64,000 nucleotides of DNA from Mobula hypostoma (Eukaryota), in contig NC_086108.1 in assembly GCF_963921235.1 (NCBI RefSeq), positions 85,748,001 through 85,812,000 of the forward strand. Reading direction: 5' to 3'. Positions 11,300 to 23,499 of this stretch are shown one piece after another. The notes beneath the pieces were generated by a model. The model saw only the letters and a list, made by a program, of their open reading frames with translations. It searched no databases and had not been told where the DNA came from. The stretch's first letter is position 1; every line of letters starts with the position of its first letter. The position numbers were made by a program, and so were the translations under genes.

Positions 11300-11735
11300 G
11301 CCAAAGAAAGAGATCCTCCTCGCTCATCTCTCTTTTTGTTCTCTTCTCCATATTAGCTCCTCGCTCACCTTTTTCTTCTCCTTACCTACCCATCACCTTA
11401 TGGTGCACCTAATCCTTTTTTTCCCATGGTCTACTCTCCAGTCCTATCAGATTCTTTCTTCTTCAGTCCTTTACCTTTTCCACCTATCACCTCTCAGCTT
11501 CTCACTCCAACCATCCTCCCCAAACTACCTACCATCCCCCTCAAATGGTTTCACCTATCACCTGCCAGCTTGTACTCCTTCCCCTCTCTCATCATCTTAT
11601 TCTGGCTTCTTTCCCTTCCTTTCCAGTCCATATTAAGTGTCTTGGCTCATAATATTGTCAGTTGATAGATGCCTGACTTGCTGAGTTCCTCTAGCACTTT
11701 GTATGTGTTGCTCTGGATTTCCAGGATCTGCAGAA
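11300..11735 (+). mobile_element. Penelope pseudo-LTR, degraded
   Basis: Pyrimidine-rich pLTR (CACCTATCACC motifs) followed by the GATGCCTGACTTGCTGAGTTCCTCTAGCA body. Confidence 0.7.
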
Positions 11736-12117
11736 ATGGATTTTCTGGTTTCCAATCCACCTTGCTTTACTACATTTTCATCTACCTAAACCATCTGCTG
11801 AGATAGAGAAGCAGGTAACACTTCATGTCAAAACATTTTGCCAGCTATGGGAAAAGTTTTTAAAAAAACAAGTTTTATGTTGTAAAGAAAAGCAAAAGTG
11901 GCAAAGAATAAAGGTTTATGATGGCGAAGAGAACAGAAAAAATTGAATGATTCATGTGCTGATAGAGGTGGAAGAATACCATCTCTCCCGACTAAGCAAA
12001 TTACAGCTTCCCCAAAGTCAGCAATAAATATGATGATTTCAGATAATCATCCATTTCACTTGGTACCTCAAACATCTCGCTCAGCTCTAGTCATGCCACT
12101 GAATCTTTCCTTCCCGG

Positions 12118-13515
12118 AATCAGAATCAGGCTTAATATCACTGGCATATGTCAAGAAATTTGTTGTTTCGCTGCAGCAGTACATTGCAATATATAATAGT
12201 AAAAAGAAACTATAAATTACAATAAGAAACATAATAAAATAAATTAAATATGTAGTGCAAAAAGAGAGCAAACGTTAAAAACGTGAGATAGTGTAGATGG
12301 GTCATTGTCCATTCAGCAACCTGATGGTGAAGGGGAAGAAGCTGTTTCTGAAATGTTGTGTGTGTCTCTTCAGGGTCCTCTTTGTGTCTCTTCCTCCTCT
12401 TTGATGGCAGCAATGAGGAAAGGGCATGTCCTGGGTGATAGCAATCCTTAATGATGGATGCCGTCTTTTTGAGGCATCTCCTTTTGAAGGTGTTCTCAAT
12501 ACTGGGAAGGCTAGTGCCCATGATGGAGCTGGTTTGATTTACAACTTTCTGCTGCCTCTTCCAATCCTGTGTACCAGACAGTATGCAACCAGTTAGAATG
12601 CTTTTCACGGTACACCTGTAAAAATTTGTGAGCGTCTTTGATGACGTACCAAGTCTCCATAGACTCCTGATGAAATATAGCCGCTGTTAAGCCTTCTTTA
12701 TAATTGCATCAATATATTGGGTCCAGGATACATCTTCAGAGATGTTGACGACCAGGAATTTGAAACTATTCTCCCTTTCCATTGCTGATCCCTCCAGGAC
12801 AGGTGTGTGTTCTCTCGACTTCCCCTTCCTGAAGTGCACAATCAATTCCCTGGTTTTACTGATGCTGGGTCTAAGTTTGTTGTTGCAACACCACTGAATC
12901 AGCTGATTTATCTCACTCCCGTACACTTCCTTGGCACCATCTGAAATTCTGCCGACAATAGTTGTGTTGAACAAGTTGGGTCTTTATTCTTTGGAGCATA
13001 GAAGGTTGAGGGGGGACTTGATAGAGGTATTTAAAATTATGAAGGGATCGATAGAGTTGACGTGGATAGGCTTTTTCCATTGAGAATGGGGGAGATTCAA
13101 ACAAGAGGGCATGAGTTGAGAGCTAAAGGGCAAAACTTTAGGGGTAACAAGAGAAGGAACTTCTTTACTCAGAGAGTGGTAGCTGTGTGGAATGAGCTTC
13201 CACAGAAGTGGATGAGGCAGGTTCGATGTTGTCATTTAAGGTTAAATTGGATAGCTATATGGACAGGAAAGGAATGGAGGGTTATGGGCTGAGTGCAGGT
13301 CGGTGGGACTAGGTGAGAGTAAGCATTCGGCATGGACTAGACGGGCCGAGATGGCCTGCTTCCGTGCTGTAATTGTTATATGGTTATATGGTTATATCAT
13401 CAGATTTATAGATGGTGTTTGAGCTGTGTCTAGCTACATGCTTGTGGGTGTAGAGAGAGTAGAGGAATGGACTAAGCTTGCACCCTTGACATGCGCCAGT
13501 GTTAATTGTCAGTGA
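12118..13515 (-). mobile_element. Rex1/Babar LINE 3' part (RT C-terminus + UTR), split by CR1
   Basis: TTIVGRISDG..VYGSEINQLIQWCCNNKL..SKTRELIVHFRK, SIIKDCYHPGHAL, FRNSFFP. (GAATCA)n tail at 12118. Confidence 0.88.
12968..13395 (+). mobile_element. CR1 3' end fragment
   Basis: RLFPLRMGEIQTRGHELR...NFFTQRVVAVWNELP and (ATATGGTT)n tail. Same subfamily as 18597-19345. Confidence 0.9.
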
Positions 13516-13799
13516 GGCATTTAGTGGAGATGAGAAGAAATTTCTTTACCCAGAGCGTAGTAAGTCTTGAAATTTCTATGCTGGTGAGGGCTAGGGAGGC
13601 TTAGCTGCTGAATATAATCAGGAAAGAGAACTATAGATTTTTAGATGTAAGAGAATAAAAGAATACATGATTAGTCCAGGAAAGTACTACTGAGATAGAA
13701 GTCTGCCATGGTCTTGTGGAAGATGCAGCAAGGCAAGGAGTTAAAATAATATGTAAGCATTGATGGTGTGCAGATAGTGTGCTAGGAGATATCTCTGAA

Positions 13800-15045
13800 C
13801 AACACGCACACGATGTTGGAGGAGCTCAGCAGATCAGGGAGCATCTGTGGAAATGAATAAACAGTTGACATTTTGGGCTGAGCCCATTCATCAGGACTGG
13901 AAAAGAAGAGGGAAGATGCCAGAATAAAAAGCTGAGGGAGGGGGAGGAGGACCAGCTAGAAGATGATAAGTGAAGCCAGGTGGGTGGGGAAGGGGAGATG
14001 AGGTAAGAAGCTGGGAGGTGACAGGCGGAAAAGGCTAGAGAAGAAAGAATCTGATAGGAGCTGAGAGTGGACCAGGGAGAAGGGGAAGGAGAATGGGCAC
14101 TGTTAGAGTGAGTTTTTGGGTAGATGATTCATTTACACTTAAATGACTCTGGCCACCAGTCTCCTGTTTGACAAAGTACTGTGGATTGAGTTCACAATAA
14201 TGCATTTCCTAAGAGCTGTGAATATCGCAATACTAGCCAGACGCTGCAGATGGAAGTGGGAAGTTTACAGGTATTTTCGAAGACGGCCTTATCTATACTT
14301 TATAAATATGAATTGTCCTCTATGTTAGCACGTAAAGTACCAAATAAATGTGTTGTGGATTTAACTTGCACTCCTAAAGGCTGTGAGTACCAACCCAGAC
14401 ATGTTGGTGTCGGGAGGAAAGGATGAAGTCAGAAGGTGTGATGTTTTGTAGGTAGCTTCAAAAGGAAGCACTGTCTATGCACTGTCTATAACTTTGTAAA
14501 TAGCGATTGCCCTTTGTGTTTAGCATATAAATATCAAGCCCACGTTGGGCTAGTAGACCTTTCTATCGAAAGCGTCTCCATCTGTAAGAAGCCTGCTGTA
14601 CCCTGTTTTGTCGAATAAAGAAGCTGATTTGTATCTACTAGTAACTCTGTCTCTCCGATGATTTCATCCACACCACAACAGGCACCAAGAAGAGGTGATA
14701 CGCAGATGATGAGAAGAGGCAAGAGGCTAGAGTGGGAAATGGAAGTGGAGGGGGAGAAATTACCGGAAGGAGAAATCGATGTTCATGCATTCAGGTTGGA
14801 TTCTACCTCGATGGAATATGAGGTGTTGCTCTTCCACCCTGAGAGTGACCACATCACGGCAGAAGAGGTGGCTATATTGAAATGGGAACGTGAATAGGAA
14901 TTAAAATGGCTGGCCACTGGGAGTTTTCACTTTTAGTGGATGGAGCCGAGCTGCTCGTAAAAGTAGTCCTGATTACACTGGTGTAGAGAGAGGAGCACTG
15001 GATACAGCAGATAACCCCAACAGATTGTCGGGTAAAGTGTTGCCT
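13800..15045 (-). mobile_element. Penelope-like element: GIY-YIG endonuclease remnant + downstream pLTR, interrupted by a solo LTR
   Basis: QHFTRQSVGVICCIQCS..LY (GIY-YIG), ..HFNSYS.., EEQHLIF...MNIDFSFR*. pLTR with hammerhead CTGATGA..GGGCTCAGCCC..AAAATGTC at 13862-13899. Confidence 0.82.
14101..14680 (+). mobile_element. Solo LTR (580 bp)
   Basis: TGTT...AACA termini, 5-bp TSD GGCAC (14096-14100, 14681-14685), TATA-like CATATAAATA at ~14524, AATAAA at ~14614. Confidence 0.88.
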
Positions 15046-15280
15046 TCTCCTTCTCCCACCCTGTATCCCTTTCACCAAGCAATTCCCACCATCCCTTCCC
15101 CTCCTGGTTTCACCTATCACCTTGTGTTTCTCTCTCCCCTCCCCCATCTTTTAAATCTAGTCCTCACCTTTATTTTTCTCCAGTCTTACTGAAGGGTCTC
15201 GGCCTGAAACGTTGACTGTACTTTTTTCCATAGATGCTGCCTGGCCTGCTGAGTTTCTCCAGCATTTTGTGTGTGTTGCA
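15046..15280 (+). mobile_element. Inverted Penelope pLTR at the 5' truncation point
   Basis: Opposite orientation to the adjoining body. Hammerhead-derived CAGTCTTACTGAAGGGTCTCGGCCTGAAACGTTGACTG at 15181-15218. Confidence 0.78.
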
Positions 15281-15568
15281 TTGTCAGTGGATTGACTTGA
15301 GCGATAAGCAAACTGGAAAGGATCCATTGTAGCCAGAAGTAAGGCTTTAATGTGCTCCCTGACCAGTTGCTCAAAGCATTTCATAACCGTTGATGATAAT
15401 GCCACCGGACAATAGTCATTTAGGCAGGTTACTGTTGCCTTCTTTGACACTGGAATGATGGCTGCTGCCTTGAAAACTGAGGGTACAGTGGACTGTTCAA
15501 GAGATATGTTGAATATATACATTAGCACCTCAGTTAGCTGGGCTGTGCAGTCTTTCAGAACACAACCT
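15281..15568 (-). mobile_element. Rex1/Babar RT fragment
   Basis: VLKDCTAQLTEVL..IFNISL..CLNDYCPVALSSTVMKCFEQLV..DPFQFAYR. Confidence 0.85.
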
Positions 15569-15569
15569 A

Positions 15570-15820
15570 TTTTGATTAGTCCTACCAAAATGTAGCACCT
15601 CACATTTATCAGCATTAAATTCCATCTGTCATCTTTCAGCCCACTCTTCTAACTGGCCTAAATCTCTCTGCAAGCTTTGAAAACCTACTTCATTATCGAC
15701 AACCTCCACCTATCTTAGTATCATCTGCATACTTACTAATCCAATTTACCACCCCATCATCCAGATCATTAATCTATATGACAAACAATATTGGACCCAG
15801 TACAGCTCCCTGAGGCACAC
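15570..15820 (-). mobile_element. CR1 RT fragment
   Basis: [35 protein letters not shown]...MEFNADKCEVLHFGR on the minus strand. Confidence 0.85.
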
Positions 15821-16367
15821 AATATGCATTATGTTTGGTAATTAAATGTGGAAATGAAGGGATTCAGAAGCATACAAAGTTTCTATTGAATCAATATTTG
15901 TATATAACTGGTCAATTTCTGGGTAAATATGGCATTTCTTGGTTCAAACTTCATAGCATTGTGGTGTCAGGGACCATGCTGCTCTTCTTGTGCACGAGTA
16001 AAATGAAATGTGATTGAGGAATGAATGCAAGTTGTCAGAGTCCAGTTAATCGATGACAAGTAAACCTCACTCAGGTCGGCTGTTGCTCAAACCCTTAAGT
16101 CCAGATCTTCATCTCCTCCAATAGCTCCTCTTGCAGTTGTCAACCTGAGGACATGCAGAAGTATCGTTGATGTAGAAACAAGCCTGCCATCTCCTTCACC
16201 CTTCAGTAAAATTGCCATCGCTGCTTACCTGGATTCTGAAAACTTGCACTTGTTCCTCAATCACTAGTGCACAAGTAAATGGCTGCTGTCACCAAAATGT
16301 TTGACCAAAAAAAAAATGCCATTTTTTATATGGAAATTGACAAGTTGAAATTGGAATGAGATTGGAA

Positions 16368-18595
16368 AGATGGCGGCGCATTCAGACGCAGCCGCCACTC
16401 TGTTCCCGGGTGTAATAGTTTGTCTGTGTCCTGTGTGTCTTTGTTAATGACAGGAAAATACTGCTGGCTATTAAGTATACTGTGCACAGCAATTCCACCT
16501 CACTAGTGAACTGTTGGACTGCAGACGAGCTCCGCAGCTTGGGCTTACTGCCCACGCCATTGCCTGCTTCAGACATTCGCAGGAGATGCCGTCGAAAGCG
16601 ACGTGCAAGAAAACAAAAGAGGGGTGAACTCGCTGGGGAACTGGAGAGGCTTAGATCGAAGCCCTTCAGGCCAGTTCTGTCTTCATTCTTACTGGCAAAC
16701 ATCCATTCTCTTCAAAATAAATAGAACTACCTGCACCTGATGCTGAACCAGCGAGAGACGAGGAGCATCTGTGTACTAATTCTCACTAAAGATTGGCTGT
16801 GGGACTCCATACCAGATGCGACCATCCAGCTGGAGAGTTTCAGCGCCTTTTGGACTAACAGGAGCCCCGTGAACTCAGGCAAGACCCACAGAGGCAGTAT
16901 CTGTATTTACACAAATAAGAATTGGTTTAGCAGAGACACCCCACTGTTCACAGACAATTGAGTTCATTTTTGTGAAGTGCAGACCATTTTATTTACCAAC
17001 AGAGCTCTCTACAGTTGTGTTGGTAGCTGTATATATCCCCCTCATCTGCTAATGCCAGCAAGGCACTGCGTGAGCTCTACAGCACCATCAGTAACTTTCA
17101 AACCAAACACCCTGATGATACCTTCATCGTCTCTGGTGATTTTATCCATGTGAATCTAAAGACAGTCCTGTCTGAATTCCACCAGCCGTTGGTTTTGCTA
17201 CCAATTACACTCGACCTGGTTTATAGTAACATGCCCGGTGCAGAAAAGTAGTTCCTCGACCACACATTGGGCTCCCAGATCACTTATCTGTAATGTTAAT
17301 TCCAGCATACAGACCACTGATAAAACCAGTTCAAAAGGTGGTGAAAACCTAGCCTGAGGGGTCTTCTCAGCACTGCAGGACAGAGCTGCTGTGAAAACAA
17401 GAACTGGAGAGCATTCAGGGAGACTGCAACCTATGACAACCACGTTAACATTGAGCAATAGGTGGATTCTGTAAACAGCTACATAGAGATATATACTGAG
17501 GATGTTACAATCACAAAACACATCCGGGCGAGGGCAAGTCAGAAACCAGAGTCCGTGCATGGCTGAGGGATTGTGATGATGCCTTTAGATTGGGGGATGT
17601 GACAGCTCTCAGGGAAGCAAGAACTGTGCATTACTGCTCCATCAGGAAGGCGTAACGGGAGCATTCAGAGAATACGCAGCCACTTCTGTGATAACAGGGA
17701 CACAAGGTGTATATTAGATTATTAGGTTATGAGGACATGCAGTCCTCTTTTATTGTCATTTATTAATGCATCCATTAAGAAATGATACAATATTCCTCCG
17801 GTGTGATACCACAGAAACACAGGACAGACCAATACTGAAAAACTAACAAAAGCCACATAATAATAACATATAGTTGCAACAGTGCAACAATACCATAACT
17901 TGATGAAGAACAGGCCGTGAGCACAGTAAAAAAGTTCAAAGTCTCTCGAAAGTCCCACATCTCACGCAGATGGGAGAAGGAAGAAAACTCTCCCTGCCAT
18001 GCCCGACCACAGTCTGACTCTGAGTCGTCCGAAAACTTCGAGCTCCGATCAGCCTTCCGATACCGAGTACTGAGCACCATCTCTACCAAACGCTTCGACC
18101 CCAGACTCGGTCTCCAGCAGCAGGCAAAGCCGGGGATTTTTGGGGCCGTTCCTCCAGAGATTCTCAATCACATAGTAGCAGCGGCAGTGAACCGGGCATT
18201 TCAGAAATTTCTCCAGATGTTCCTCTGTGCCTTCTCACGGCTGTCTCCATCAAATCAGAATTGTACATGGCCCCTATTTAAGAAATACGATATCATTTCA
18301 CTGGAGAGACCACGCGCGCTGCGTTACACCACCATCTTTTCCTCCCGCCTCCCGCCATATATGGCAAGGAATTCAGAAGATTACAGACTACAAGTCAACC
18401 CTGCGCGTCAGTAACCAGGATACCTCATTCCCTGATGGACTAAACGTCTTTTACACCGTTTTAATGCACAGAACAAAGTGCTGGTGAAGAAGATAACTCT
18501 TCCCTCAGGGGAGCAAACACTCTGTCTGGCTGAAACTAAGGTGAGAAAGACCCTGGCCAGAGACAACCCATGCAAAGCTGTGGGACCCAATAATA
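16368..18595 (+). mobile_element. Rex1/Babar LINE 5' part (AAGATGGCG start, APE domain), interrupted
   Basis: AAGATGGCGGCG start, RRRCRRKRRARKQKRG, LLANIHSLQNK, VKCRPFYLP, SGDF, then [11 protein letters not shown] after the insert. Confidence 0.82.
17715..18330 (-). mobile_element. Non-autonomous Rex1-like element (5' AAGATGG start joined to a 3' UTR)
   Basis: Minus strand begins AAAAGATGGTGG near 18335 and ends AATGACAATAAAAG...(CATAAC/TAATC) tail. It interrupts the Rex1 ORF. Confidence 0.6.
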
Positions 18596-18596
18596 T

Positions 18597-19345
18597 ATGG
18601 TAGGGCATTGAAGAATGCAGTAGAACAGAGGAATCTAGGAATCATGGTGCATAGTTCCCTGAAGGTGGAATCTCATGTGGATAGGGTGGTGAAGAAAGCT
18701 TTTGGTATGCTGGCCTTTATAAATCAGAGCATTGAGTATAGGAGTTGGGATGTAATGTTAAAATTGTACAAGGCATTGGGCAGGCCAAATTTGGTATATT
18801 GTGTACAGTTCTGGTCACCGAATTATAGGAAAGATGTCAACAAAATAGAGAGAGTACAGAGAAGATTTACTAGAATGTTACCTGGGTTTCATCACCTAAG
18901 TTACAGAGAAAGGTTGAACAAGTTGGGTCTTTATTCTTTGGAGCGTAGAAGGTTGATGGGGGACTTGACAGAGGTATTTAAAATTATGAGGGGGATAGAT
19001 AGAGTTGAAGTGGATAGGCTTTTTTCCATTGATAGTGGGGGAGATTCAAACAAGAGGACATGAGTTGAGAGTTAAAGGGCAAAAGTTTAGGGGTAACATG
19101 AGGGGGAACTTCTTTACTCAGAGAGTGATAGCTGTGTGGAACGAGCTTCCAGCAGAAGTGGTTGAGGCAGGTTCAATGTTGTTGTTTAAAGTTAAACTGG
19201 ATAGCTATATGGACAGGAAAGGAATGGAGGGTTATAGGCTGAGTGCAGGTCAGTGGGACTAGGTGAGAGTAAGCGTTCGGCACGGACTAGAAGGGCCGAA
19301 ATGGCCTGTTTCCATGCTGTAATTGTTATGTGGTTATATAGTTAT
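18597..19345 (+). mobile_element. CR1 3' fragment (RT C-terminus)
   Basis: LGIMVHSSLKVESHVDRVVKKAFGML...LVYCVQFWSPNYRKD...LERRRL.GDL. Confidence 0.92.
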
Positions 19346-20033
19346 ATTTCAGCTGTTAATAACCAATTAAATCCGTGTGTTAAAGGTCAATAATACTTGA
19401 GAATTATTAAAATTACAGTTCAGCAATAAGAGTTGCCTAGGAGCCTTTCGTTTGCATCTTTATCTTGTCTTTTTATGATCAGTGACCTTGGTTCTGAGGC
19501 TTGAACAGAAGGTCTGTACAAGAGTTAGGCTTCCAAGGGCCATGTCTGCACACTGCCTCTGTCAGCATATCACCTTTACTGTTACCTTAGTGAACTTTCG
19601 CACATAGAAAGGCTGTACAAAGTGTCTGTGCTCCGTTCCGTTAGCGCTCATTTTAACCCTTGCTTTGGAGCAATTTCCACTCATCCGCGGTGCTTCATGG
19701 GTAGCACATTTCAGAATGTAGTTGCTCCACAACTCAATTGAGTGTAGCCAGATTAGAAATGGGCGACTGCCAGATGACCTGAGGGAAGGGAGCAATGACT
19801 CTGAGCATTGGGGAAAAGGATTTCTCTAGTGACTGTCCCTGGAATTGAGATTATAGTGCCTCAGTTATGCATGGGGCAGGAAGTTCGAAAGAATAATATG
19901 GATTCAGTTATTATGGGAGAAAATGTACTTTCATGGCCACAATGCGATCCCAAGATAATATGTTTTCTTCTAGATGCCAGGGATATCACTGAGCAACTTC
20001 AGAAAATTCTGGCAGCCCAGAAGTTGGGCTGAT

Positions 20034-20350
20034 TAGTTAAGGCATCCATTAGTCTTGTGAGACCATGGATCTGCGCCTGGAAAGTCCTCACTCTGCAGGG
20101 CGCAGGCCTGGGCAAGGTTGTATGGAAGACAGGCAGTTGCCCATGCTGCAAGTCTCCCCTCTCCACAACACCGATGTTGTCCAAGGGAAGGGCATTAGGA
20201 CCCATACAGCTTGGCACCAGTGTCGTCGCAGAGCAATGTGTGATTATGTGCCTTGCTCAAGGACACAACATGTTCCCTCGGCTGGGGCTGGAACTCACAA
20301 CCTTCAGGTAGCTAGTCCAATGCCTTAACCACTTGGCCATGTGCCCACAC
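20034..20350 (-). mobile_element. tRNA-derived SINE (copy 1)
   Basis: A box TGGCCAAGTGG, B-box-like GAGTTCCAGCC, core TGTGTCCTTGAGCAAGGCAC. TSD TGGGCTGAT at 20025-20033 and 20351-20359. Homologous to 58800-59110. Confidence 0.85.
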
Positions 20351-20519
20351 TGGGCTGATATTGGCATATGTATTGTTGGATTAGAAGGCATGTGCTATAA
20401 GGAGAAATTGGATAAACTTCAGTTGCATTCAACTCTGAGGGGATATCTGACAGAGGTTTATAAAGTTATAAGAGGTGCAGACAGCCAGTCTCTTTTCACC
20501 ATGGTTGAAATATTCCCCT

Positions 20520-20785
20520 GGGTGTTAGTGCATTGCTATTACAGCTCGGGGCATTGGCGTTCAGAGTTCAATCCCGGCCTCCTCTGTAAGGATTCTCTGC
20601 ACATCCCCCCTGTGGAATGAGTGGGTTTTCTCTGGGTCCTCTGGTTTTCTCTCCCAGTTCAAAGATGTACTGGTTATTAGGTTAACTGGTCATTGTAAAT
20701 TGTCCCATAATTAGATTAGGGTTAAATCGGGGTTGTCAGGGGTTAGTGAGCGGTTTGGCTCAAAGCTGTAAATAAGTAAATAAAT
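20520..20785 (+). mobile_element. V-SINE (HE1-like)
   Basis: GAGTTCAATCCC B box, V-domain GTGGGTTTTCTCTGGGT..CTGGTTT, TAAATTGTCCC, (TAAA)n tail. Confidence 0.78.
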
Positions 20786-21044
20786 GTCTGGTACCAGTGG
20801 GCAAATCATAAACACAAGAAACTCAGCAGATGCTGGAAATCCAGAGTAACATACACAGAATGCTGGAGGATATCGGCAGGGGGAGATGATGCATGGTGAA
20901 GGGTTTTGGATTGCTGGTGAGTAGTTTTGGGAAGAGCTGGAGACTATACCCTCTTTAGAAGGCTTACTAGTTCTGTAGGAGGGGGAGGAGATTTGGGGTA
21001 GTTTAAACTAATATGGCAGGAGGTGGAATAAGAAGTAAATGTTC

Positions 21045-22240
21045 TGGCGCTTATGCCAGGATCCTGCACATTGATTTCAGTTCAGCGTTCAATACCATCA
21101 TCCCGCAGAGACCAGTGGAGAAACTGTCGCTGCTTGGCCTTAACACTGCCATGTGTCGCTGGATTCTGGATTTCTTGACCGAGAGACCACAGTCAGTCTG
21201 TGTTGGCAGGAACATCTCTGACTCCATCACACTGAGCACTGGGTCCCCACAAGGCTGTGTGCTTAGCCCACTGCTGTTTACACTGCTAACACATGACAGT
21301 GCAGCCAGATTCAAGGAGAACCTGATCATTAAATTTGCTGATGATACCACAGTGGTGGGGCTCATCAGCAAAAATGATGAGACAATGTACGGGGAGGAGG
21401 TCAAACACCTGGAGAGCTGGTGCAGGGATAACAACTTGATGCTTAATGTCACCAAAACCAACGAGATTATCGTCGATTTCAGACAGTCTCAGCCTGAGCA
21501 CACACCCCTCAGCATCAGCGGCTCCACAGTGGAGAAAGTGGAAAACATCCAGTTCCTTGGGGTGCAGATCTCGGACAATCTCACCTGGTCCAGGATCACC
21601 ACTGGGATTTTGAAATGGGCCCAGCAGAGATTGCACTTTCTGAGGAAGCTTAAACAAGCATCACTCCTCACTAAAATCTTAACTACATTCTACAGAGGCA
21701 TGGTTGAGAGTGTGCTGACCTTTTGCATCACAACCTGGTACTCCAGCTGCAGTGCTGTCGACAAAAAAGCCTTGCAGAGGGTGGTTAGGGGAGCAGAGAA
21801 GGTTATTGGGGTCTCCCTACCTTCTGTCCAAGACCTCTTTCAGAGTCAATGCCTCCAGAAGACACGGTACATCATTAAAGACCCCTCACACCCTCTCCAT
21901 GAACTGTTTGTTCTTCTGCCATCAGGCAAGCGTTACAGGAGCATCAAAACTAAAACCACAAGGCTACTAAACAGCTTCCTCCCACAGGCACTCAGACTGC
22001 TAAATAGCTGCTCTACCTGACTCTGCTTTGGACACTTTTAACTTGCACTGGACACTTATAACTTGATTTTAACTGACATGTGGCTGTTGTGTTTTACTAT
22101 TTATTGTTGTGTTTATTATTTAGTGTTGCGTTTGTTATGTTATAATTGCACTGCTCCTGGGAAACGCTGTCTCATTCTGCCCTGCAGAGCTGATGTACGG
22201 TTAGAATGACAATAAATTTTTTTGAATCTTGAATCTTGAA
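21045..22240 (+). mobile_element. 5'-truncated Rex1/Babar LINE with uninterrupted RT C-terminal frame (~325 aa)
   Basis: [61 protein letters not shown]. (TCTTGAA)n tail. The ORF start at 21013 lies in flanking DNA. Confidence 0.93.
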
Positions 22241-22650
22241 AAGGTTTGATAAAGCATGGAAAGGTTTGGGCAAGATAAGTAACACATGGCAAGAAAGTTA
22301 TAGATAGCACCAACTCAGGAGCGAGTACGAGGTGGTCTAATATAGCATTACAATGTGTATGTCCATACACAAGAAATATAAACAGTATGAAAGAGAAGTG
22401 GTGAACTGCATGTGTAGAGAGCCATTTAGATTTTCAATTTGATATCAGTAACAGATCTGGCAAAAGGTTTTAAGTATTCCTGGATTTATTTATTTGGAAT
22501 AATAAACTATACAGATGGATTTCTACTATTCAGATTATTCCATATGCCACTAAATAGTGGCAAAAATATCAAGGAGCAAATTAGCAGGGAAATGGTTGAT
22601 ATTTGCGAAATCTACCGAGTAGGGATATTCAGGGTTTCAACAAACAACTT

Positions 22651-22937
22651 ACATAGAAACATAGAAAATAGGTGCAGGAGTAGGCCATTCGGCCCTTCGA
22701 GCCTGCACCACCATTTATTATGATCATGGCTGATCATCCAACTCAGAACCCCGCCCCAGCCTTCCCTCCATACCCCCTGATCCCCGTAGCCACAAGGGCC
22801 ATATCTAACTCCCTCTTAAATATAGCCAATGAACTGACCTCAAGTGTTTCCTGTGGCTGAGAATTCCACAGATTCACCACTCTCTGTGTGAAGAAGTTTT
22901 TCCTAATCTCGGTCCTAAAAGGCTTCCCCTTTATCTT
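22651..22937 (-). mobile_element. CR1 3' end, (TTCTATGT)n-tail subfamily
   Basis: IKGKPFRTEIRKNFFTQRVVNLWNS. Near-identical to 11075-11296. Confidence 0.9.
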
Positions 22938-23499
22938 ATTTAAATATGTCTTTTTTAACAATCTCCAGATACCGCTGGACACTGGGTACTTCAAGTACTG
23001 CAGGTCTACCTCATCAGCGAGTTTCTCATTGGAGGAGCTGAAATCTGTGTGGACCGTATTGCTGCCTGCTAAGGAAAGGCATTGGAGTCAGTGCACAAAG
23101 TTGGTGTGCAGTCTAACAGCGAGGGTCTATCTTAGTCATTTTTCTTGTGATCGCGAGACACTGTTGGATATTCTTAATGTGGAATGGGTCAAGTCAGGTT
23201 CACTGAGTTATTGGCAGGACTGATGACTGTGGGGGGCCTGCGTGGCCTTGGTTGTAGCACAGACTAGGCCCCATGCTGCGGTGTCACCTTGTGCAGCCAG
23301 CTAGGAGAGGTGACGTCAGAGGGGGTGAGGAATGGTGTCCACCCTGGTATTGATGGTGCTTTCCAATATTTGCTTGGTGAAAGACAAGCTGGACTGCATT
23401 TCTCTGCAGACTGCTGTGGGCTTGTTCTTGCCGATGATATCCATGGAAACAGGGACTTGGGCTACAATATTTTTTCATGTGACTGTATGCTTACTGCTA

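Noticed and set aside
17917..18414. 165-aa ORF
   Set aside because: Spans the antisense of a non-autonomous element and the junction into Rex1.
20270..20348. tRNA-like sequence (also ~59035-59108)
   Set aside because: SINE head fused to a SINE body with TSD, not a tRNA gene.
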